Assembly (NCBI GenBank): GCA_946965045.2
Contig: OX337239.1
Location: 1,612,001 to 1,676,000 of the forward strand
Source of the DNA: Epithemia pelagica
Lineage: Eukaryota > Protista > Bacillariophyta
Length of the DNA stretch: 64,000 nucleotides
Reading direction: 5' to 3'
This document shows, in pieces, positions 47,973-58,593 of this stretch. A program made the translations under genes and the position numbers. The number at the start of each line of letters is the position of its first letter. Position 1 is the stretch's first letter. Under the pieces are notes generated by a model. That model saw nothing but the letters and a program-made list of their open reading frames with translations, was not told the origin of the DNA and searched no databases.

Positions 47973-50238
47973 TTTATGAGAGATATTCTTTCAGTGCAAT
48001 GCAAAAGAGAACTGTTCCGCAGCACCACAAGAATGTGACAGACCCCAAAGCTCGTGCAAAGGACCGCTAACGAAAAGAAATGCGCAATCTATGGCAGATC
48101 AAAACCGAACTGACAATTGAGCAAGCAGGATGGGTTTGAGAGACTGAAAACAGATCTGTCCGTTTCCATCAAACGATTCACGAGGGACACAACCGTTTCC
48201 ATTCATGTAAGTAATGGCATACCAGCAGAGGCACGTCAAAACCAAAACGAGACGGCAAGCAACGACTCTAGTGTGAGTACGGGCTCTCATAAATTCGGCC
48301 AGCAGGCGAGTGCCCATCATTTTTGTTTCCATCGCAATGGTCATCAACCTACCTCGATGCTAAGTTCTCTCCTCCCTCCCTTCGATGATATGAGAAATGA
48401 TCAGAGCGCAGGCTTAGTTCGAGAGAACAAAGCTGGTATACTAATAGTACTTGACATTGACAGTCATGCGTCTCTGTAACGATCCGCAACCTGCAGTTGT
48501 TGTTGGTGTTCTCACAAAAACCGTTTGAACGGTGCGGTTTTGTTTGGCGGGAGGACCAATGGCGCCCTTGCAACTTGAATGGTCGTGTGTCTTGTCTGTA
48601 CGAAGGAGTCTGGCCCGGCGTTTCCATATAGTGGGGCAATAGTTTCTTCGACATGGATAGAAAATTCACTTAGGGGAGTTCTGGCATCGTGGACGAAAGT
48701 ATGTATGTGTGGTCTCACGTATCGAACAGGCCGGCGACTGCCATCCCATCATTGCAAAACGGGACCCATTTCAACGGTCATGTCCACGTTTGGTATTGGC
48801 ATTTTTGACACGATGACTGACAACGAACGTAACCGGAGAGAAGGAAAACCGTCTGCGTGGCAAGACAGCATCTTCGAACGATTTAGTCACAATGCCGAAA
48901 TGGCCATAAGATATATATAAGCCCCTACTTACATTACCCTGATGCCGTTAAAGGACCTAAGGAAAAGCGGTTAACTTCTATTCGTTCGTGAGAAAGGACA
49001 TGCGTACCACGGCGGAAGATTTCCCTCCACGCTCTTCATTATGAAGAGACAGGCTTTCATGGACCAATTTTGGTCAAAACAAACTACAGACTCAGCCGAA
49101 AAAGACACGATTGGCGGAAGCAGACTGTAGTCTCATTCGCGGAATACTTAGAAAGGGGAGTACGAGATACGAGATAATCATGTCATTATTATTTTCGGCA
49201 GACCTCGTGAGGACCGAGAGGAAACCTCATGGACAATCGGACGAATCTTGGTGGGTGTGTTGGATCAGTAGAACCTTAGTGCGCGATACCATATACACCA
49301 TAATCCATAATACCACATTGTCACAACATCATTGTCCTTCTCGCCTTTACTAGAAGAATGGGAGCAATCGCCAAATTTTTGTCAACAGTATAAGCAATGG
49401 TTGCTTCACGAATGATAACCGTGAATGTCATAATAGTACCACATTGTCACATACTTGGATATGATAGACACTGAATCATCGCTTTTCATTTCAAACCACT
49501 GAATCGTGGTACGTGCCTGATAGAAGCACGTTGTATGAATGTTTGGCATGAAGGATAAATAGGAGTCACGCCTCCATAGAATTTGAGTTTAAACTATGTT
49601 GGAACGATTAACCGAGGCGAGTATCATGGACGTCTTCTTCTTGGAACGAATCCCGTCGTTTCTTTGTTCGTTCTGCTAGGGCCGTGGGTTGCTCCAGACT
49701 GTCAGAAGGTTCTTGGGTCATGGACAATGCTTGAGACAAGGCCAATGGACAAAGGAGTAAAACCTTCCCTGTTTGGTTTCCCAAACAGTGTCCGCGTCCT
49801 TGTGCTCAAGCAACAAGTCGTGCGGGTGTGGTCCAGAGATATCCGTTGTTGTCTGTTGAAGTTGGAGTCATGATCGGATGCACGAGCTAACGAAGGCTTG
49901 CGCAACAATAAGATCTATCCCCGAGACACGTGTACGATTCATGGACAACGAGTAATGGGATCTTCGTTCCAGACGCGTTTCGAATACATTCTACGTTGGT
50001 TCTTCCCTTATTTACGGATATCATACTCCTATATCATTACCCTTGAATGTCTACCTAGCTCTAGGAATCCCAGACCTCTACCTACCTAGAATGATGCAGT
50101 TCCCAACCCTGTCACTCACGTACTCTAACTTGGTCCTCTGAGTTAAACTTTCATCCTTGTAAACTGGATCACAACTTGCCAGTATCATGTAAACCATGAA
50201 ACCTGGCTTTGTCTCGAAGACTAGATTGAATTCTGCTT

Positions 50239-51819
50239 TTATTGGACAGGAGTGAACGGAAGACCGTGAGGTCGGCAGTCTTTGGAACAGAAATTCTGAT
50301 CACCATGGTTGTCGTCGGAAGACTGCCACACAACATCGGGACAAGCTTGTACCATTTCGTACGTAAGATCCATTTGATGTCTTAAATCTCCTCTCGTTGC
50401 AACTTGCTGCACCGGAACAAGCCCTGTAACAGGATCCGAAACGCGCAAGGCATCAGGGCACGCAATCATCAAACCTGTCAAGGTGCGACTGGACTTATTG
50501 AAGCAGGCATAGTGGAGAGGAAACCGACCCAATCGATCCGAGACGGCGGCAGGCGTGGATTGAGAAGAATTGAGTTGATCTGTGTTGTCATAATGTAACA
50601 GCAAAAGTTGAACCAGAGTTGTAATGTGTCCGACGAGAGTCGACGGGACATTCGTTTGCTTGACGGCAGGACTGTCGGCCGCTCGGTGTAGTGCTAGTCG
50701 GCCATAGTCGTCTTTGCTGTAGATGGAGCCTTCAAGATGGATAGAGGGACAGTTGCTTTGTGGATGCTGTTGTTGTTGCAGCAATAGTCGCACTAAGAGT
50801 GGGGGACAACGAGGGAAGCCACAAACATCATGCCAGTGCAAACGAGTTCGCCCATACGCAGTTTGCAACAAGGTCAAACTAAAGTCGAGAAACTGGCATG
50901 GAGCAATTACCGTCATCCATGACAAGTCACTTGCTTGCATTGGTTTGTGTGGAAAAGCGATCGAGGATGGGCTGGTTGGTCTAGGTGATGGCCCACTTCC
51001 TGCTTCTTCCCATTGTCTGGCCCATCTAAAGCGCAATACATTTTTCCACAACAGGCTTAAAGGATTGTTCCCTCCCATATCTTCTTTCCATACAATCTTG
51101 CCCTTCCTCTTTTCGTCGGCTTTGAGAAGTACATCGAGCACCTGTTTTCGAATGGTAATCCCATGCCCAATGAGAACGTGCAATGGATAACTCCCACATG
51201 GTCTCATGGGCATCGAAATAAGCTTACTACATTCTTGGAGTAGAAGTTTGGCAACTTCGTCGACATGCCAAGAATTCCGATACACGAGGACATGAAGGGC
51301 AGACACGCCCTTTGCATTGACAGCATCGATTTTTGGAGGATGTGGCATACCCGTGTAGGGACCCAAAATATGCGACTCATCGGCATCACGTCTCCAATCA
51401 TTCTTTGTCTTGTCCTCATCATTCTTTCTCGTTTCGTCCTGACTTCGGTCGTCAAGAAGCCGTAGGCGACGATCATGTTCTTTCATGTGGGTAAGGAAGT
51501 TTCGAACAACGGAGGGAGAGGCGTGAAGTGCCAACAAACGATGCAGGGCCGAATCACCAAAAGCATTACAGCCATCTCGGTCTAAGAAATAGTATTGGTG
51601 CTCTTCCAACGGTTCGTAGTTGTCGTTCAGGTAGTCATCAATGATACCATTCACTTTTCTGGTCGTACAACGACAGTCAATGGACCAACTGTAGGGATTT
51701 TGATACCCGACAATGCGCGACAACTCCGCCCTCGTGTAGTCCATGCTGTTTTCAGCGATTGAACCATCCTTGTCGAGCTCGTCATTGGTTCCTTCGTGCG
51801 AGAGTATGCGACGTCTCAT
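50239..51819 (-). CDS. Ankyrin-like repeat protein
   Basis: Spaced helix-initiating motifs: GDSALH, GVSALH, SYPLH, GNNPLS, GRLALH, GRFPLHYAC and GLVPVQ. Confidence 0.7.
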   Translation of the reverse strand: MRRRILSHEGTNDELDKDGSIAENSMDYTRAELSRIVGYQNPYSWSIDCRCTTRKVNGIIDDYLNDNYEPLEEHQYYFLDRDGCNAFGDSALHRLLALHASPSVVRNFLTHMKEHDRRLRLLDDRSQDETRKNDEDKTKNDWRRDADESHILGPYTGMPHPPKIDAVNAKGVSALHVLVYRNSWHVDEVAKLLLQECSKLISMPMRPCGSYPLHVLIGHGITIRKQVLDVLLKADEKRKGKIVWKEDMGGNNPLSLLWKNVLRFRWARQWEEAGSGPSPRPTSPSSIAFPHKPMQASDLSWMTVIAPCQFLDFSLTLLQTAYGRTRLHWHDVCGFPRCPPLLVRLLLQQQQHPQSNCPSIHLEGSIYSKDDYGRLALHRAADSPAVKQTNVPSTLVGHITTLVQLLLLHYDNTDQLNSSQSTPAAVSDRLGRFPLHYACFNKSSRTLTGLMIACPDALRVSDPVTGLVPVQQVATRGDLRHQMDLTYEMVQACPDVVWQSSDDNHGDQNFCSKDCRPHGLPFTPVQ

Positions 51820-52915
51820 CGTCTGACTCCTGTGCTCTTCAAAGGTGCAAGTCGAGACTGCGCAAACTTGAAAGGTGTCAAGAATCCAATTATAGCTTCG
51901 GTTTATGATCGCTTTCTAATCTGGGACGAGGAAAGAATGCTTCCAACCATCTAACGTCTAAGTACAATGCGAAAATCGGCCGAGTCGCAGACTTCGCATT
52001 GATTTTATCCACCGTTTGATTTTGATGGCATCCCATCTCATCAAAGCAAATCGTCACTTTGGTTGTTGACATGTTGTTCTATGAATGTATGTTCGCCTTT
52101 GGGAAACACGTAAGAAATTAAGCTGATTTGATTGGTCAATCAAACACACTTGCGTCAGTCAAGCGCATTTGAGTCGCTGACGTTCTACTAGGTAGGAGAG
52201 AAGCGAGTAGGTAAGTTATGTATCCCATGTTCTTTCTCTCAGCTACTCTACAACCCATGAGATGAATGATGACAAGAAGTGGTGAGCCGAAATACACAAT
52301 AATCCAACCGAATCCTAGATCTGACGTCCTTTTGATTCTGAAGACCTTTCTATGGAAAGACCACACGCAAGAATGTCGGCCGTACAGTGACATATCTTCT
52401 AAAATAAAATCAGACTACCTAGAAAACCACCAAAGTGGCCATGCTCAAAGCACGCAAAGCTCTGGCAAGAGGCGGGTTAACATGTAGGATGCGATACAAT
52501 GCACCCAAGGCAACATCCAACATGTTCATGCGGGCCAAGTGGCTCTTGCTCTTAGATAGGATCCATCAAATCAGGAAGATTGAGTTGCTTTTCCCCAACG
52601 TCTTCGTCCAACATCATGCTGCAATAAGCAATAAGATATACTCTCAACAAAAGAAAGGCCAGTTTTCATCCCTAACCATGCGTGCGCTAACAAACAACTA
52701 ATCACCTTGAAAGTAATGACTCTTTTGTCGGATCATAACGACAAGGTCCCATGGAATATACCAGTCCCCTTTGTTTCCTCACAGTGCGAACTATTGTCCT
52801 CAGTTCACAGTGTTCTGTATGCAGAGAGTCTTGCTGGATTGCAGGGATTTGTACGTTTTCCTGGAATGTAGGAAAAATCCAACCACGCATTGCACCCAGT
52901 TTTGCCCCATGGTTG

Positions 52916-55135
52916 TCAATCGTTGAATGGATACGCGCGACCCAGTCCTTGAAGTATTTGCAACGCCTTTTCTCGGTCGGCTCCAAGCATGTGAGGCGGA
53001 ATGTTGTTACCATTCGCGGCAGCTGCTAGACTCATAGCTGAAGCAGAGGTAGCGGGTGCCGATCCAAGAAGGCCCGAAGCCATGGAGGGGGGTAAGAATC
53101 CTTGAAATCCTAGAGGAGGCTGAGGAGGCGCGTTTCTGGAAGCTGCCATTTGAGAGGATAGCAAGTTGATCAACTGAGAATGATCCGGTTGTTGTTGTTG
53201 CGGTGGCTGTTGCGATGTGTGTCCTCCTACAAGCCCTCCGGTCAAGGAAATGGTGGGTGTTGCACCAATGGCTGGTGCTGTGTTAGACAGTTTATTCGCT
53301 CGTGCCAGCTGAAGATATTTGGCGACTCCCGATGGCTCAGGTGTGTGTTGTTGTTGTTGCATTTGATTGTGCTGTTGGACCAAACGTGCCGACTGACGAA
53401 CTTTTTCTTCCAAAAGCCTGCGAACCTCCGTTTGGTCACTGGGTTCCTGGGGTACTGGTGGCGGAAATTGGTTGTTCGAATTACAAAGTTGCTGTTGCAA
53501 TTGTCTTTCTTGTTGGTGACGACGTTCTTGTTGTTCCTTTAGCTGTTGCAAGACCAGAGTCGACTGCAATTGCTGCAAGAGATCGCCTTGTTGAATAGGC
53601 ACGTTCGTGCCCAATGAACCGCTTTGCAGAACAGCCGCCAATCGCTCCAGGGATGCGCGATCCAAAGCATTTTCCGCCACCGGCTGCTCCGCAGCAGCGG
53701 GTGCTTGCTGTGCTGTGTTCTGGATCAACTGGTTCAATACATTGGACGGTTGCGCTTGAGTGCGAGCTGCTGGAGGAGGCATAGTTTCACTTTGTGATGG
53801 GACTGGATGAGAACGTGCAAGTGTTGCTGGAGGACGTGCTTCGGCCGTTTGCGCACTGGTATTTTCACACGCATTGGCAATCTCCAATGCACGTTGCAAA
53901 AGAGATTCCAAAAAGGCTTGTTCTTTCTTTAGGGCGATATTGTCCTTCTTGAGTGCGTTCATTTCGGCTGTAATCTTGGAGAATTCTTCCTTTCGCTGTA
54001 AGCGCTTCTTCTTTTGATAGACCGCATCTAATTTCCGCTTGCGCGCCTTGGCCTCTTCCACACGCACCTCAGCAGCCACAACTGCCAGACTCGCCAAGGC
54101 CTCTCCGCCTTCTCCTCCATCTTCATCTTGTGGTTCTCCTTGTTGTGCATCGTTGATGCTTCGGGCAGCGCTCGGAGGATTTCTCTCCATCTCCACACGC
54201 AGGCGCTCCGAATGCCATTGTTCAAAATGCTGGTCTAGATCCAACGTCCCTCCCAGTTCCTTGGGCATGCTGTGTTCCTCAAAGCAATAGGTTTTCAAAT
54301 CACTCCACGCCGCTTGTTGGGAATCAGCAAAATGAGCCACCGTTCTCAAACTCATGGACTTGGCTCGTCCCGTGATTTTCAACCAGATTGGAATGGCTGT
54401 TTCCATTAGTGATCGCTTTTTAAATACGATAATGTGGAGAGCTCGCATCTTCATGGGGAAACAACCCGAGGTCAACATTCGAACAACACCCATGCGGGGT
54501 GTATTCTTGTTGCTTTTGGTTCCTGGGTTGGTTTCCGTATCCATTCGAGTGACAATTACATAACCATTGTACATGACATGGTCGGACTCCATCATGGTGT
54601 GAATGGTATAAAACATGACCTTGATACGCGCATCTTCATCTCCACACCGATGGCAAAATCGACATCGATCGCTATAGAAGACACCTCGGTTCTTGCTGTC
54701 GGGAGGCAACACGGTGGTTCCTCCACATTTCATGGCCTCCACAATATCGGGGGGAATGGCTCCGCGTCCTGTCAAATCCATGGGCAAAAAGGCACGTTCC
54801 GCAAAGATTTCTTTTCTCCATTGCCAATAGACACATATACTCTTGGCCGCCGCCCATGGATCGTGCGAACAAGCCCGCATGAATCGTTCTGGGCTCGACT
54901 CGGTTTCCACTAAAGTAGAACATTCTTTCAAGGCCTCATCGTAGGCCGTCCTTTGATCCGCAGGGATCAATCGCAGAGCTTCGTTCAATTGCACTCGTGA
55001 GGAAGACAACATGGTTTCTCCGTGCTCAAAAGACTCCACGTGGACCGTCCCATACACATCACGCAGGGCCTCACGCGTTGCCTGAAGCTCTTGTCGCTCT
55101 CCTTCGCTCAAGTCATGTTCATCTTCCTCACTCAT
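52916..55135 (-). CDS. CRAL-TRIO/Sec14-like domain + bZIP-like region + Gln-rich tail (paralog A)
   Basis: PERFMRAC..DPWAAAK....YW..RKEIF (CRAL_TRIO_N-like), FPMKMRALHI and PKELGGTL (Sec14-like end). The basic region RKRKLDAVYQKKKR is followed by I/L heptads. Confidence 0.75.
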   Translation of the reverse strand: MSEEDEHDLSEGERQELQATREALRDVYGTVHVESFEHGETMLSSSRVQLNEALRLIPADQRTAYDEALKECSTLVETESSPERFMRACSHDPWAAAKSICVYWQWRKEIFAERAFLPMDLTGRGAIPPDIVEAMKCGGTTVLPPDSKNRGVFYSDRCRFCHRCGDEDARIKVMFYTIHTMMESDHVMYNGYVIVTRMDTETNPGTKSNKNTPRMGVVRMLTSGCFPMKMRALHIIVFKKRSLMETAIPIWLKITGRAKSMSLRTVAHFADSQQAAWSDLKTYCFEEHSMPKELGGTLDLDQHFEQWHSERLRVEMERNPPSAARSINDAQQGEPQDEDGGEGGEALASLAVVAAEVRVEEAKARKRKLDAVYQKKKRLQRKEEFSKITAEMNALKKDNIALKKEQAFLESLLQRALEIANACENTSAQTAEARPPATLARSHPVPSQSETMPPPAARTQAQPSNVLNQLIQNTAQQAPAAAEQPVAENALDRASLERLAAVLQSGSLGTNVPIQQGDLLQQLQSTLVLQQLKEQQERRHQQERQLQQQLCNSNNQFPPPVPQEPSDQTEVRRLLEEKVRQSARLVQQHNQMQQQQHTPEPSGVAKYLQLARANKLSNTAPAIGATPTISLTGGLVGGHTSQQPPQQQQPDHSQLINLLSSQMAASRNAPPQPPLGFQGFLPPSMASGLLGSAPATSASAMSLAAAANGNNIPPHMLGADREKALQILQGLGRAYPFND

Positions 55136-56554
55136 TGTTGAAAACAATAGATTTTGTTTCTTGTCGCTGTTTGTTGGATTGCTTCTTTCAGTTTATTTAC
55201 CGAGCGATGGTGCTTCCATGCTATTCCTACACACGGAGATTCTTGGCTGTGTTGTCTTGCACTGCAAACTACCCCGAATGGCCTATGACCTATGACTACA
55301 CCGGGTGCGAACTGCGAACGGGTGGAGAATGGAGAGCGAGCCCTCGGCCGGCCCTGTACTCGTACTGCGGCTGTGGTGCTCTTCTCTTTCGTCGTTGGTC
55401 GTTGAGTATTTGTTAATATCCAAAGGAGACAAAAGACGACGATGGATCCTTCCAAATGCGAAGTTCGATGGTTTCGCGTTACGTTGTAATTGTATACTTG
55501 TTTGACTCTACTCGTACGATCCACGGCACTTCGCAATTCGATATTGTCGATTGCCGTATGGCTGGCCTCGACGGCATGAACGACGCATCTTCTGGTCCGT
55601 GATCCGCGATGCGAACTCTGATATTTTCAAGGAATACGAGAGAATCGCTCGGAGTTTCTGCTGCCGAGCATGCGCTGACGTCGTCTCACATGGACTGCTC
55701 CCAGAAACATCACGCTATGACATCTACATGATGCATCGCGACTTATCGTCAAACTACGAGTACCTATCTCCTCTACTACTAGAGGCACTAGCTAGATCTC
55801 CTATATTAGCTATTAGATCTTAGATCATCATCTTCTAATATTATGTAGGAGTAGTTCATTAGATTATTACTTAGAACAACTTATATTGTAGGAGGAATGA
55901 GGATATTGCCGATTACCGCCTTAGATAGGAGATAGGAGGTACTCCTAAGAGGTAGAGGAGGCTTTACCACATAGGAGCATTGCTGAGTAATCTGGGACCG
56001 CTGACCTCTGGTCTTTGGTCCCAAGCCCAAGTCCCAAGAAGATCTCTACGTTCCCTTTCGGATCGTAGACGTCACTCTGTCAATCTCTCGTTTCTTGTAG
56101 TGGAAGATAAGTTGTTCCTCTAGCTAGAGCTTCTAGTAGGTCGCAAGCTATGAGTAGCTAGTAAATCTTACAGAGCTCGTAGCTCGTTTAGTCTGAGAGG
56201 CAATAGGGGCAATAATGTGTTATGTAATCGACTATGTATGATTCAGTACCCCTCTGTGCAACTTTTGAACTTGAACTGTGAGTCGCCACAGTTTCCAAAT
56301 GCGAACCTTTACTCGTACCTAATTAGACCTACTAGCTAGCTACTCGTAGAGTAGCTAGAGGATTACTCCTAAAACCTAAAGTCGTGAGTGTAGTCAACAA
56401 TAGAGTCATAGAACTTGACGACGACGTATTGAGATGATTTGATATCCGCAGCGCCATCACAAATAATACTCCTATATTTCAAGGAGAGCGAGAAAGCATC
56501 AAAGGCAGCACTTTTTTCTGGGAGTATTTCCTTTTAGGGCATGCGAACAACACA

Positions 56555-58333
56555 ATGATCTCTCCTGAGGCACTTGATTTTACAGAGGCTGAAGCGAAAG
56601 AATTGGAGGCAACTCGGGAGGCATTACGAGACGTGTATGGGTCGACGTCATCGACCGTACGGGACAACAATGTAGCTACTGTAGGGGAAGGAGCACGGGG
56701 CCAGCTTCAGGGTGCTCTCGTGATGATGCCTCAAGAGGAGAGAGCAGCGTATGATGAGGCCATGAAAGTATGTCCTCGTCTGGTCGAGACAGAGTCCAAC
56801 CCAACATACTTTCTCGAGGCGTGTGCCTTTGATCCATGGGCCGCGGCACAGAGAATATGCGTTTATTGGCAGAAACGACGAGAGATATTTCAAGAACGAG
56901 CATTTCTACCAATGGACATCACCGGGGAGGGGGCTGTTCCCCAAGATGTGGTGGAAAGCCTGAAATGTGGAGGAACGACCATTCTGCCGCCTGATAGCAA
57001 GAACAGGCCGATTTTCTACAGTGATCGATCGAGGTTTAGTCGCCGTTGCATCGATGAAGATGCACGCATCAAAGTGATATTCTATACCCTACATGTCTTG
57101 CTAGAGTCTGATCTGGCACGGATGAATGGCTACATTGTGCTGACCACTATGGACACGGCCAAGTATGGGCAGAAACAAAACACTCCCCGAAAGAATATAT
57201 TTCGCCTATTTCAGTCAGGAGCTTTCCCGATGACAATCCGGGCCTTCCACATTGTCGTTTTCAAGAAGCGGTCCTTGATTGAGAGTTCGGTCCCGATTTG
57301 GCTCAAGCTCGTGGAGAGATGGAATTTTCTCAGCTTACGCACGGTTGCTTGCTTTGCCGAGTCAAGAGAAGAGGCTGTCGACAATTTGAAACGCTACTGT
57401 TTCTTGGAAAAGTACATACCGAAAGAGTTGGGTGGAAATCTTGATTTTGAAGATTATTTCAATCAATGGTTAGAAATGTGTACGGAAAACGAATATAGTT
57501 GGTTCAACGATGTCTTTCGAAACCGTGTGGTCGTTGAAAACGAAGACGAAGGAAATACTCAACAAGGAGCTCTGGAGAGTTTGGCTGTGGCTGCCACTCA
57601 AGTGCATGCACAAGAAGTTAAAGCTCGCAAACGAAAACAAGACGCTATTTACCAAAGAAAGAAGCGACAACAACGGAAGCAAGAATTTTCTAATCTGGCC
57701 ATCGAAGTGGAGGAGCTGAAACGGACTCATGCTGCTCTCAAGAAGGAACATGTTTTCCTTGAATCCCTAGTGAAACGTGCTGATGATATCGTTAAGCTGT
57801 GTGATCAGATTACGTTGGGAGACGAAGCTTCCAACAATCGTTCTTCTCAGTCGCAAGCTTTGTTACCAACTTCTACATTTCAGACCAGTTTGCCTGAAAT
57901 GCTGAAACTTCGTAGCCCACCGCCAAACACTTTGCGTCCTGATTCATGGAAAGGACATATGGGCTCTTCGGCAACCATACCAAGCCGCTCTTCGCAGTCG
58001 CTCAAGAGCATTACATCGCAGGTTCTCATGGAACAATTCAAAGAGGACGAGAAGAAGCGGCTTACAAGTCATCTGAGAATGGAACAACAACTGCAACAGC
58101 AACGCACTCTGTCAGACCCCTTGAGTGTTGTCGCTCAGCGCCTGGCTGAAGAGGCTACAACCCAGAATGCTCTCATGAACCAACAACTGGTGGCAGCGGA
58201 TCCAACAGTAGCACTACAGAATGCTGCGCTGGAAACACTGCAACGGCAAGCACAGTGGGCTTCCTCCAATGCGCAGCCTTCGTTGGTACCAAACCAACGC
58301 GGCGAGGAACCAAACAGCTCCATGAACACGTGA
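56555..58333 (+). CDS. CRAL-TRIO/Sec14-like domain + bZIP-like region + Gln-rich tail (paralog B)
   Basis: Collinear with paralog A (ATREALRDVYG, DPWAAA, AFLPMD.TG.GA, PKELGG). RKRKQDAIYQRKKR is followed by L-x6-L-x6-L-x6-L. Confidence 0.75.
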   Translation: MISPEALDFTEAEAKELEATREALRDVYGSTSSTVRDNNVATVGEGARGQLQGALVMMPQEERAAYDEAMKVCPRLVETESNPTYFLEACAFDPWAAAQRICVYWQKRREIFQERAFLPMDITGEGAVPQDVVESLKCGGTTILPPDSKNRPIFYSDRSRFSRRCIDEDARIKVIFYTLHVLLESDLARMNGYIVLTTMDTAKYGQKQNTPRKNIFRLFQSGAFPMTIRAFHIVVFKKRSLIESSVPIWLKLVERWNFLSLRTVACFAESREEAVDNLKRYCFLEKYIPKELGGNLDFEDYFNQWLEMCTENEYSWFNDVFRNRVVVENEDEGNTQQGALESLAVAATQVHAQEVKARKRKQDAIYQRKKRQQRKQEFSNLAIEVEELKRTHAALKKEHVFLESLVKRADDIVKLCDQITLGDEASNNRSSQSQALLPTSTFQTSLPEMLKLRSPPPNTLRPDSWKGHMGSSATIPSRSSQSLKSITSQVLMEQFKEDEKKRLTSHLRMEQQLQQQRTLSDPLSVVAQRLAEEATTQNALMNQQLVAADPTVALQNAALETLQRQAQWASSNAQPSLVPNQRGEEPNSSMNT

Positions 58334-58593
58334 GCAGGGTATCAGTTTCTCCCTTGTCAAGTTTGGGCCGAGTTTCTCGCTCGCATGTATTTATTGTATC
58401 AATGTTGAAAAGATATATTTCAGCATGAACTTCTGTATTAACTTTCACAGCATAAGTGTATGCTAGATTTGCTGATTATGGACTTGCTAGATTAGATTCC
58501 TTCTTTGCGCACATGAAGGTATCACTCAATAATTGCTATCCAGAGTAAATCCCATCTCCATGACAACTAGCAAATGATCGTCCGATCGACACC

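Noticed and set aside
48000-50200. Short ORFs in the 2-kb gap
   Set aside because: No motifs, no consistent splice path and no repeat structure were seen; treated as intergenic.
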